The notes under the pieces are model-generated. The model saw nothing but the letters and a program-made list of their open reading frames with translations, did no database searches and had not been told where the DNA came from. Shown here piece by piece: positions 7,899-15,871 of a DNA stretch of 32,000 nucleotides. The position numbers and the translations under genes are program-made. Positions within the stretch are counted from its first letter, which is position 1, and each line of letters starts with the position of its first letter. The DNA comes from Candidatus Hadarchaeales archaeon (GTDB taxonomy: Archaea; Hadarchaeota; Hadarchaeia; Hadarchaeales; Hadarchaeaceae): assembly GCA_038823825.1 (NCBI GenBank), contig JAWBCC010000001.1, positions 180,001-212,000 on the forward strand, read 5' to 3'.

Positions 7899-8918
7899 TT
7901 AAGCCTCCGGAAGAAGCTCCTCAAGCATCTTTTCGATCTCTTTTTTGGTCATCGGTTTGGTATCACAGGATCTGTAGGGTTTAACCTCCGCCTTCTTAGC
8001 TTTTGGATACTCAAAATTTGCTCGTATCTCTTTTATCTCCGGAAGGACGATGAACATATCCTCGGTTTCTAGGGCTCTCTCGGCTTCCCCTTCCGTCATC
8101 AACTCCTCATAGAGCTTTTCTCCGGGCTTCCTCCCAATTATCTTGGTTTTTATCTTTTGGGGATCATGTCCATACTTCTCAGCAAACTTTTCGATCATAG
8201 TCGTAGCTAAGTCAGAGATGTTTACAACTGGCATCTTGAAAATGAAGATTTCCCCGCCTTTCGCCATTTCTGTGGCTCTTATGAGAAGCTCAATTGCCCT
8301 TTTGCTAGACATCACGAATCTTGTCATTGCCGGATCCGTGATGGTCACAGGACCGCCTTTTTTTATCTGCTCTAGGAAAACCGGGATGACTGAGCCGCTC
8401 GAACCAACGACGTTTCCGAATCTAACACTTGAAAAAACGCTTCTCCTAGCCCCTTTGTAATAATTGGCTGCTGTGATAAGCCTTTCACATAGAAGCTTTG
8501 TCGCCCCCATAACATTAGTTGGATTGACGGCTTTATCGCTACTCGTGAAGATCACTTTCTCGACTTCTTCTTGAATCGCTACATCAATCACGTTCTGCGT
8601 ACCCAAAACATTGGTTTTCACCGCCTCGAAGGGATTGTACTCGCACTCCTCCACGTGCTTCAAAGCGGCCGCATGAAAAACCAAATCTATATCTTCTACT
8701 GCATATCTCAATCTGTCTTTATCCCGGACATCTCCGAGAAGGAATCTTATGTCCTCTCTCTCCCCGATTTTCAATTTCAGCTCAAACAAACGTGTTTCAT
8801 CCGAGTCCAGAACTCTCACTACTTTCGGTTTGTGTTCAAGCAACTCTTGAACAAGCAGGCTTCCTATCGATCCTGCTCCTCCAGTCACGAGGATTTTCTT
8901 TCCTTCAATGAAGCTCAT
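7899..8918 (-). CDS. CapD/PglF/PseB-family UDP-GlcNAc 4,6-dehydratase
   Basis: KKILVTGGAGSIGS, GDVRDKDRL, FHAAALKHVEECEYNPFEAVKTNVLGTQNV, SSDKAVNPTNVMGATK, RFGNVVGSSGSVIP and MTRF are collinear with remembered C. jejuni PseB. However, Met replaces the SDR catalytic Tyr, as in the PglF/CapD type. Confidence 0.8.
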   Translation of the reverse strand: MSFIEGKKILVTGGAGSIGSLLVQELLEHKPKVVRVLDSDETRLFELKLKIGEREDIRFLLGDVRDKDRLRYAVEDIDLVFHAAALKHVEECEYNPFEAVKTNVLGTQNVIDVAIQEEVEKVIFTSSDKAVNPTNVMGATKLLCERLITAANYYKGARRSVFSSVRFGNVVGSSGSVIPVFLEQIKKGGPVTITDPAMTRFVMSSKRAIELLIRATEMAKGGEIFIFKMPVVNISDLATTMIEKFAEKYGHDPQKIKTKIIGRKPGEKLYEELMTEGEAERALETEDMFIVLPEIKEIRANFEYPKAKKAEVKPYRSCDTKPMTKKEIEKMLEELLPEA

Positions 8919-9416
8919 TATTTCTTCACCATCTTTTCTACCAATTCTGCGACTCTCTCAGATGACTTCCCGTCTATTCGGTAAAAATATTTCCTCACGA
9001 ATTTTTCACGGTTTTTCATCAATTCATTTTGACTTTTCTTGTTTAGAAGTCTTTCGATTGTTGGAAGTAGCTCGCCTTTTCTTCTCACCTCCACGGCTAC
9101 CCCCTCATCTATCAATAGCTTCGGGTAATACCTGATCGGATAAGGCTTTCCAGTCAAATTGACGATGATCACGGGTTTTCCTATTGCGGCGGCTTCGCTT
9201 CCAACAACAGATGCATCGGTTATTAAAATATTGCATGAAGCCAACAAATCGTAAAGATTCTCTTTTTTGCTCATGAAGTATTATCTTTTAAGTCTCACTA
9301 GATGAGCTGTCTCCTCTTCCGTCCAATACTGAATATCAATAGGATTACAAGAAGCGTACACAATGAGTTCAGCCCCAGCTGGTAAACCCAATTGTTTTTT
9401 ATTTTATCGGCCTTCG
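8918..9416 (-). pseudogene. Truncated, decayed paralog of the 10596..11816 GT-B-like gene (C-terminal half only)
   Basis: ORF 8918..9274 (118 aa) aligns by hand at about 70% identity to the C-terminus of the 10596..11816 product. Immediately upstream there is an in-frame TAA (9281-9283). Relative to the full copy there is a 102-nt gap and a 1-nt indel. Homology stops at 9416 and no N-terminal half is present. No SD precedes ATG 9274. Confidence 0.7.
9236..9416 (-). repeat. Near-identical direct repeat, copy A (partner 10914..11197)
   Basis: 9241-9274 vs 10919-10952 shows 2 mismatches in 34 nt. 9291-9416 vs 11071-11197 shows one substitution (9370 c vs 11150 t) and one missing c (partner position 11175). 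The flanking homologous sequence is far more diverged. Confidence 0.85.
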
Positions 9417-9431
9417 CTAAAAGTTAAAATT

Positions 9432-10592
9432 TTATCTTTTACTATCCCAACTAGCGACTGCTGAGATAAATTTATCTGCTATTTTTTTCCAATCATAGTT
9501 TTCTTCTACAAACTTCCTTGCGGCGTATGTACATTTTCTTCTCTCATTTTCTTGAATTAGCATATGCGTAATTGCTCTAACGGCTTCACTTTCTTCTTTG
9601 TAAACGAATCCATAAGGACCGACAATATTCACAAGAGCAGGGATGTGGGGAACTACTGGATAAGCTCCGCATGCCCAAGCTTCTAAAAGTGGTATGTTCC
9701 AACTTTCATAAGAAGAGGACGAAAGATAGATTTTTGCTCTCTTCAGAAGAGAAATTTTTTCTTTCTCTGGTATTATGCCGGTAAAAATAATATCAGGTTC
9801 GTTTTTTGTCATACGCATCAGTAGTTCCTTTTCCGGACCATCACCTATAATGCACAGTTTCGCATCCTTCACTTTCTCTTTTACCCTTCTAAAGATCTCT
9901 ATTGCCCTGTCAACTCGTTTAACGCGAGTAAGTCTGCCCAGAACAACGATTAGGTTTTCCTTGTCTTCAGAATATTCGTAATCTTCAATATTCACACCAT
10001 TGCCAGTCACAAAGATCTTTCTGGCATCAATTCCGACGAAATCTATGATAAGTTTTTTACTTTCTGTAGAGATCGTTTCAACCAGATCTGCCATCCTACT
10101 ACCAAGTGTCGCGAGCACTAGCTCCCCTAGAGACGTGGGGCAGGCATATGCTCCCTTGTTCAAAAAGAAACCGTAAAACAACACATTCAACCCGCCGATA
10201 CCATGGATGCTTGCAATAAACGGGATTTTATACAGTTTACTTATCACGGGAGAAATAATAAAGCCTTCACTTGACCAACTGTAGATGAAGTCTGGTTTAT
10301 ATTCCTCGGCTATAAACATTCCAGCTCTTAAAAGCTCCATCAAGTTTTTTCCAAAATTAAATGTCTTCTTAAACATACTGTGTTCGGTAGTCCAGTTCCC
10401 AACTCTACAAACCCTAATTCCATCAATTACCTCCGTTCCGCCTTCTGGTAAAAAAGCTATAGCAGTTACCTCGTGTCCTCTTTTGACGAGTTCTCTCGCT
10501 ATAAAAAAACCGTGTGCTTGTAATCCGCCCGTGATTATTATTTGGTCGTTTTGCTTATAGGGAAAATCAGGATTTAGGAATAAAAATCTCAT
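9432..10592 (-). CDS. Glycosyltransferase, GT4 / group 1 (GT-B fold)
   Basis: 386 aa. The N-terminus MRFLFLN...GGLQAHGFFIARELVKRGHEV is typical of the family, and the C-terminal E-x7-E region reads ESWNIPLLEAWACGAYPVV. The segment is visibly AT-rich. Confidence 0.8.
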   Translation of the reverse strand: MRFLFLNPDFPYKQNDQIIITGGLQAHGFFIARELVKRGHEVTAIAFLPEGGTEVIDGIRVCRVGNWTTEHSMFKKTFNFGKNLMELLRAGMFIAEEYKPDFIYSWSSEGFIISPVISKLYKIPFIASIHGIGGLNVLFYGFFLNKGAYACPTSLGELVLATLGSRMADLVETISTESKKLIIDFVGIDARKIFVTGNGVNIEDYEYSEDKENLIVVLGRLTRVKRVDRAIEIFRRVKEKVKDAKLCIIGDGPEKELLMRMTKNEPDIIFTGIIPEKEKISLLKRAKIYLSSSSYESWNIPLLEAWACGAYPVVPHIPALVNIVGPYGFVYKEESEAVRAITHMLIQENERRKCTYAARKFVEENYDWKKIADKFISAVASWDSKR

Positions 10593-10595
10593 AAG

Positions 10596-11816
10596 CTATC
10601 CGCCCCGCCCTCTGGCAAGTTTTTCTATTAAACTAGCCACCCGCTGAGAAGACATCTCATCCAACTTATAGAAATACTTTCTTATAAATTTCCAGCGATT
10701 TTTCGCAAGGTCTTTGCTTTTCAGAAGCCGCTTGATTGAGTTGTCGAGTTCATATTCTTTTAGAACCTCAATGGCTACTCCCTCGTCCGCTAACAATTTG
10801 GGGTAATATCTGTTTAGGTAGGGTTTACCGGTTAAATTGACGATTATTACGGGTTTTCCCATTGCAGCGGCCTCGCTCCCCACTACTGAGCCCTCAGTTA
10901 TCAAGAGATCACAAGAAGCCAACAAATCGTAAAGATTCTCCTTTTTGCTCACGAATGTTTTGCTTGTATCCTCTCCTTGTAAAAAGCGCAGATATCTTTC
11001 GTTCGGTTCAGTTGGATGAGGTCTGATAAGCAAAAAGCAGTTCTTCATGTTTAGCACTATCTTGTTTAAAAGTCTCACTAGATGAGCTGTCTCCTCTTCC
11101 GTCCAATACTGAATATCAATAGGATTACAAGAAGCGTACACAATGAGTTTAGCCCCAGCTGGTAAACCCAATTGCTTTTTTATTTTATCGGCCTTCGGTT
11201 TTAATCTAAAAATATCGTCCATCAGTGGATTTCCCGTGATTACAATCTTTTCCGACGGTATGCCTCTACTTTCAAAAAAATTCTTTGAATATTCGCCCCA
11301 GACAGCAATTTTCATACACTCAGCACCATACCTATCATATCCGGGTTCAGGATTTCCGGACAATATGCTGGAAGTTCTTCTAACGAGAAGTTTTATGGAA
11401 TGAGCAATATTTCCAGAGAACAAAACATTTTTGATGATATTTATGAAATAACTTGGTCCTAAGCTTCTATGCGGAGTGTCCACAACTATCCCTTCAGCTA
11501 TGAGAAGCGTTGGTATTCCCAGTCTGTTAGCTCCTCTGACGAAATAGAGACAACCTGGGTCGATATCGTTTAAAACAACCACAACGTCGGGTTTCTCCTC
11601 TCGTAGGATAAACTCCGGATCCTTCTTTCGATAATCTTGAACCCGTTTAAATCGAATTCCGTTTTCTTGAAGTGCTCGCTCTATCCCAGCTCTACCCTTT
11701 TCGCCGTATCCTTCCAAACTTATCGCAAGTACATCTCCTTTCAGCTTCTTCGCAACTTTGGAAAACATTCTAACGTGGTAGACATTTCCAGGAATGAAGA
11801 GAACTTTGTAGTTCAT
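10596..11816 (-). CDS. Uncharacterised GT-B-fold surface-carbohydrate biosynthesis protein (TagF/capsule-biosynthesis/PseG-like C-terminal motif)
   Basis: Start set at ATG 11816 (MNYKVLFIPGN..), with GGAGGA upstream and a 4-nt overlap with the upstream stop. The C-terminal motif NLYDLLASCDLLITEGSVVGSEAAAMGKPVIIV matches the generic GT-B nucleotide-sugar-binding half. I do not recognise a specific family. Confidence 0.6.
   Translation of the reverse strand: MNYKVLFIPGNVYHVRMFSKVAKKLKGDVLAISLEGYGEKGRAGIERALQENGIRFKRVQDYRKKDPEFILREEKPDVVVVLNDIDPGCLYFVRGANRLGIPTLLIAEGIVVDTPHRSLGPSYFINIIKNVLFSGNIAHSIKLLVRRTSSILSGNPEPGYDRYGAECMKIAVWGEYSKNFFESRGIPSEKIVITGNPLMDDIFRLKPKADKIKKQLGLPAGAKLIVYASCNPIDIQYWTEEETAHLVRLLNKIVLNMKNCFLLIRPHPTEPNERYLRFLQGEDTSKTFVSKKENLYDLLASCDLLITEGSVVGSEAAAMGKPVIIVNLTGKPYLNRYYPKLLADEGVAIEVLKEYELDNSIKRLLKSKDLAKNRWKFIRKYFYKLDEMSSQRVASLIEKLARGRGG
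10914..11197 (-). repeat. Near-identical direct repeat, copy B (inside the intact GT-B-like gene)
   Basis: Partner of 9236..9416. It contains 102 nt (34 codons) that are missing from copy A. Confidence 0.85.
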
Positions 11817-12859
11817 CTTCTTTTCCTCCTTCTGAATCTTTCGAGAATCGTTTCTACCTCCCATCTCAAAACCATCTCTTTCTCATAGTTTTTGACGACG
11901 AAATTTCTCGCTTTCTTGGCAATCCTTGTCACATCTTCATAATTCTCCATTATCCATTGAATCTTTTTGGAAAGCTCGTTTTTTGAGTACGGATCAAAAG
12001 TGATAGCAAATTTCTTCAATTCTTCCGGAATGGCATACACGCTAGCTAGGACAGGGGTCCCGCTCGCCATCGCCTCGAGAATTGAAACAGAAAAGCCCTC
12101 CCAGAAAGATGGCAGAACAAAAAGATGAGATCTTCTGTACCATTCAGCTAGCTCCTCATCACTCACATAACCCAGATATCTAACATCCCCCTCATTTTCT
12201 CCTACCGCTCCGATTATGTTGAGCTCAACTCCACGAAGTTTTCTGCAGACTTCTTTCAGAGCCCCAAGGTTTTTTCTGGGTTCATCCCTTCCGACGAAAA
12301 GAATCTTGAAAGCTCCGCCTGGTTTTTTTCCTTTTGGCCTGAAAAATTTGGTATCCACAAAATTGCGCCCCTTTACGTAATCCCTCACACCATGCCTTTC
12401 TAAAAATCTGTCGCATTCTCTTGTGGCCGATATGATTAGATCAGATTTTTTGATAAAACAAATGTAAAGCTCTTTCAGAGGAAAAAACGTGAGCTTGGAG
12501 AATAGGGGCAGGTTTTTTGCTAAAGCATCTAGATCCCCTGCTTCATGACAAACGTAGAAGTTTTTCCTAGTTTTCCACATTCCGCCCCCATGGGCTATAA
12601 CGATATCAAAATCATCAAGAATACCTTTTCTATTCAGATAAAACGAGGCCCAAATCGTGTTATATCCAACCGCCTTTTCCGGAAAAATTCTGTTCACGCA
12701 AACCTGTTCAAAATCGATGTTTTCGTTTTTTTCAAAAACCCCTAAAACAGGCTCTATTCGGGCGTAACTCTTAAATGTCTCCGCAAGTCCAAGCATCACT
12801 CTTTCCGCTCCTCCCAGCCATCCCCTCTGCCAAATGAATACTTTCAAATCGCTTTTCAT
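11813..12859 (-). CDS. Glycosyltransferase, GT4 / group 1
   Basis: EGFSVSILEAMASGTPVLAS (E-x7-E). Start set at ATG 12859 (MKSDLKVFIW..). The longer track ORF reaching 13012 would overlap the upstream GT2 gene by 127 nt. Confidence 0.75.
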   Translation of the reverse strand: MKSDLKVFIWQRGWLGGAERVMLGLAETFKSYARIEPVLGVFEKNENIDFEQVCVNRIFPEKAVGYNTIWASFYLNRKGILDDFDIVIAHGGGMWKTRKNFYVCHEAGDLDALAKNLPLFSKLTFFPLKELYICFIKKSDLIISATRECDRFLERHGVRDYVKGRNFVDTKFFRPKGKKPGGAFKILFVGRDEPRKNLGALKEVCRKLRGVELNIIGAVGENEGDVRYLGYVSDEELAEWYRRSHLFVLPSFWEGFSVSILEAMASGTPVLASVYAIPEELKKFAITFDPYSKNELSKKIQWIMENYEDVTRIAKKARNFVVKNYEKEMVLRWEVETILERFRRRKRR

Positions 12860-12885
12860 CCTCACAACCACTTGGAGACAGAAGT

Positions 12886-13767
12886 TTATTCTAGTTTTCC
12901 AAGGATTCCTTCCCTCCAACCACGGAATAACTCCTTGAAAAAGTTTCTCCCTTTGCTCACAGAAAGATAGAAGCACTCCAGAAATGCCACAAAAAACGCC
13001 GCGATCAGGCAAGCGCTACTTCCATTCTTGCGTATGAAATAGCTCTTGTGACTCCAATAATACCTAAGCCATCTTCTGTAATCCGGTTCCCTACATCCAC
13101 CACTTTCCGGTGGCATGTGTTTGATCGAGTAAAATGGAACATAGTAAAGTTTCTCCCCAAGCTTTCTAAGTCTAAAAGAGAAATCACAATCCTCAAGGTA
13201 TGCGTTTCCCTCCCCTAGTTTTTCGTCAAATATCAATCCAGAACCCCTCCGCACGATGAAGCAAGCTCCTGGAAGATGCGATATTTCAACGATTTTCTCC
13301 AGCCTTTCCCCAAACCCGGCGAAAACCAAACCCAAGGGGAAAATCATCTTTCCCACAAAAATTCTATCCAGCAGATGGGATTTCACTCCCTCTATCCTAA
13401 AGCAGAAATTTTTCAGTTCGGAGTATCTTTCACATTCCTTCAGAAAGTTTTCGTCAATTCTTACGTCGTCGTCAAGGAAAATCAGGAACTCCCCCCTGGC
13501 TTTCTCTATCCCCCTGTTTCTCGCTCCCGGTAATCCCAACTTCCTATCGAAGATTATTTTGACAATATCTAGGATGCTCTTTTCTTCGTGGCTATTTATA
13601 ACGTTAAGAGTATCCTCGTCCGGATTCTCAGTCACGATGATTACCTCAACCCTTTCTCTGAGTTTCTCAAATTTCTGTTTCTCCAGATCCGTGAGGAGCC
13701 TGTCTAGCTCAACCGGTCTTCTATAGGTGGGGATGATCACGGAGAACGTCTTAACAGAGCCTTCCAA
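12886..13767 (-). CDS. Glycosyltransferase family 2 with a C-terminal hydrophobic helix
   Basis: FSVIIPTYRRPVELDRLL and IFLDDDVRI (DxD motif). A C-terminal hydrophobic stretch reads ACLIAAFFVAFLECFYLSV. The start is uncertain within roughly 15 nt. Confidence 0.8.
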   Translation of the reverse strand: MEGSVKTFSVIIPTYRRPVELDRLLTDLEKQKFEKLRERVEVIIVTENPDEDTLNVINSHEEKSILDIVKIIFDRKLGLPGARNRGIEKARGEFLIFLDDDVRIDENFLKECERYSELKNFCFRIEGVKSHLLDRIFVGKMIFPLGLVFAGFGERLEKIVEISHLPGACFIVRRGSGLIFDEKLGEGNAYLEDCDFSFRLRKLGEKLYYVPFYSIKHMPPESGGCREPDYRRWLRYYWSHKSYFIRKNGSSACLIAAFFVAFLECFYLSVSKGRNFFKELFRGWREGILGKLE

Positions 13768-14783
13768 AATCCCACCTCGTTCGCAAAATATTTCACGATT
13801 AAAAGAGAAAACACTCCAGGGAAAAACTTCGGTCCGCCAGCCACCGCAGCTTTAACTGATATTAAAAGAAGAGGGGAGATTCCGAGAATGAAAAGCAGGA
13901 GCCCAAGAATAGGCCAGAAAGCTGTGAGAACCGCCCAAGCCACGACGGCGAAGGGTAAAAATAGCGCAACATACCTTTTCCACCGGAATCCCCATCCTAT
14001 CTCTTTCCCAAGTCGGAACATCAGACCAGCACCATAACCGTACGCAACTTGCTGCCTCCAGAACTTCCGCACGCTGCTCTTGTAAAAGTGCTCAAATCTC
14101 GCCCTCCTCGTTCCGTAGATTTTCCACCCAGATTTCATCATCCTGAAATGAAATTCCGAATCCTCACCCCACTGAATTTTTTCGTCAAACAACCCCTCAG
14201 GCAGGGCTTCTCTTCTCCACACTCCACATTCGCAAGGGACCGAATGGGTTTCTACGATATCTTTTTCTTTGAGCGTTGGCGTTGTGACCAGACTGACCTG
14301 GGCCATGCCAGGTATAAAATAAACACATTTTGCCACGAAGTTCTGGCTTTCCGGAAAAACCTGCATGCCGGCCACACCCCCGGCTTCCGGATGCTCCATC
14401 AGAACCTTCAAGAGTTCCTCCACACAGTTCTTTTCGAGTCTAACATCAGAATTAAAAGTCAAAATGTATCTCCCCTTCGTCTCTCTTATCCCCAGATTCC
14501 TCCCCCTGCTTATGTTGCACCCGGGCTCAACCATGATTTTCAGTTTGGGGAGTTTTTCAGAATATTTTTTTGCGACCTCGACGGTTCCATCCGTGCTCCC
14601 CGCGTCCACGATCACAAATTCTATCTCTCTGACTGGATAAGTCTGCTCGAGAAAAGATTCGAAAAACTTCGCAAGCTGATCTGCATTGTTATAAACAGTC
14701 ATCACCGCGCTTACTTCGTCAGGTCGCGGTAAACCTCCAGAACCCTCCTTCCAATTTTCTCCCATCTGAAGTTCTCCACCCAT
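13737..14783 (-). CDS. Glycosyltransferase family 2 with a C-terminal multi-helix membrane domain (dolichyl-phosphate-sugar-synthase-like architecture)
   Basis: VSAVMTVYNN, FVIVDAGSTDGT and FNSDVRL form the GT2 core. The C-terminus has at least 2 hydrophobic helices (YVALFLPFAVVAWAVLTAFWPILGLLLFILGISPLLLISV). Start is either 14783 or 14765 (M7); both overlap the upstream gene's 3' end. Confidence 0.75.
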   Translation of the reverse strand: MGGELQMGENWKEGSGGLPRPDEVSAVMTVYNNADQLAKFFESFLEQTYPVREIEFVIVDAGSTDGTVEVAKKYSEKLPKLKIMVEPGCNISRGRNLGIRETKGRYILTFNSDVRLEKNCVEELLKVLMEHPEAGGVAGMQVFPESQNFVAKCVYFIPGMAQVSLVTTPTLKEKDIVETHSVPCECGVWRREALPEGLFDEKIQWGEDSEFHFRMMKSGWKIYGTRRARFEHFYKSSVRKFWRQQVAYGYGAGLMFRLGKEIGWGFRWKRYVALFLPFAVVAWAVLTAFWPILGLLLFILGISPLLLISVKAAVAGGPKFFPGVFSLLIVKYFANEVGFWKALLRRSP

Positions 14784-15841
14784 TTTTCTCCTTCCTCCAC
14801 AAGTTTCTTTCTCAGATTATCATCCGTCAAAACCGCCAAAATCTTTCCTGCCATATCCTTGATATCCCCCGGGCCGAAAAACAGACCTCCTTTCCCCCCC
14901 GAGGCTTCGAGTAGAGGTTCGATTTTCGTCGCAACGAATGGAACCCCTGCCGCCATCGCCTCGAGCAGCACGATTCCAAACCCCTCCACCGTGCTCGCTA
15001 AGCAAAAAACATGTGAAGATTTCAGAACTTCCATTACTTTTTCATGGCTTTTCAAAAATCCAAGAAAGTCTACATTTTTCTCGATTTCCAACGCAGCAGC
15101 GAGTTTCCTCAGTTTCTCTTCTTCAGGTCCAGTTCCAACAATCTTACATTTGACATCCGGTAGCTCCTTTTTGACCTCCGCGACCGCTCTCAAGATATCA
15201 TCCACATGCTTGTACTCCACTAACCTCGATATGCAGCAGATTGTTGGGTTTATCTCTTTTTTTGCCTCCAGCTTGCGGATCTTCTCAACATCTACACCAT
15301 TCGGTATTACTTCTATTTTCTCTTCACAAACACCGTGTTTGACGAGCATTCTTTTGGTAAACTGGCTTACAGCAATGAACCGGTCCCACTTTCTGCTTAA
15401 CATGAAACTTTCAAGAAGCTCTCCAGCTATGCCGATCACTCCAACGTTCTTAACCCATCTTCCCAACCACACATCATGATATGTCGCAACGGCTGGGATC
15501 TTCAACCTTCTAGAAATCAGCCAAGCGACAGGATATGCGATAAAACAATATCCATCGACGATATCCAGTTCCCCCTCCGTTTTTATGCCATCGACGATGA
15601 AGCTTAGCCTTTCCACAATGCTCCCTTTCTGGGAATATCTTCTCTCTTTACCAAGCCTGATGACTCTGATTCCCAAAAATTCGCTTTCTTTCTGGTCTCC
15701 AATCTCTCTGGTCGTGAAAACCGTCACTTCCTCGCTCTTCGCGATTTCTCTTGCCACGTGAAAGGCCCTCGCCTCAGCTCCTCCTCTCACCTCAACCTCC
15801 GGGCTTTTGGGAAAGAACTCCGTGACGATTCCTATTCTCAT
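14711..15841 (-). CDS. Glycosyltransferase, GT4 / group 1
   Basis: MRIGIVTEFFP...GGAEARAFHVAREI and EGFGIVLLEAMAAGVPFVAT. I prefer ATG 15841 over the track's GTG 15850. Confidence 0.8.
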   Translation of the reverse strand: MRIGIVTEFFPKSPEVEVRGGAEARAFHVAREIAKSEEVTVFTTREIGDQKESEFLGIRVIRLGKERRYSQKGSIVERLSFIVDGIKTEGELDIVDGYCFIAYPVAWLISRRLKIPAVATYHDVWLGRWVKNVGVIGIAGELLESFMLSRKWDRFIAVSQFTKRMLVKHGVCEEKIEVIPNGVDVEKIRKLEAKKEINPTICCISRLVEYKHVDDILRAVAEVKKELPDVKCKIVGTGPEEEKLRKLAAALEIEKNVDFLGFLKSHEKVMEVLKSSHVFCLASTVEGFGIVLLEAMAAGVPFVATKIEPLLEASGGKGGLFFGPGDIKDMAGKILAVLTDDNLRKKLVEEGEKWVENFRWEKIGRRVLEVYRDLTK

Positions 15842-15871
15842 CCTAAACACCCGGCGTCTGTTCTGAAGCCC

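Noticed and set aside
8918-9274. The 118-aa ORF as an independent functional small protein.
   Set aside because: It corresponds only to the C-terminal third of a GT-B-like protein. It has no SD, and its ATG is an internal Val codon in the intact paralog. An in-frame stop precedes it within otherwise homologous sequence. A pseudogene remnant is the more economical reading, though expression cannot be excluded.
14049-14732. Long antisense ORFs opposite real genes: 14049-14732, 6581-7258, 19044-19637, 22780-23397, 29414-30070, 23398-23781, 14859-15479 and others.
   Set aside because: Each lies entirely inside a gene on the other strand that has strong family motifs. Their translations are low-complexity or Ser/Pro/Phe-rich and carry no recognisable motif. 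They are typical shadow ORFs.
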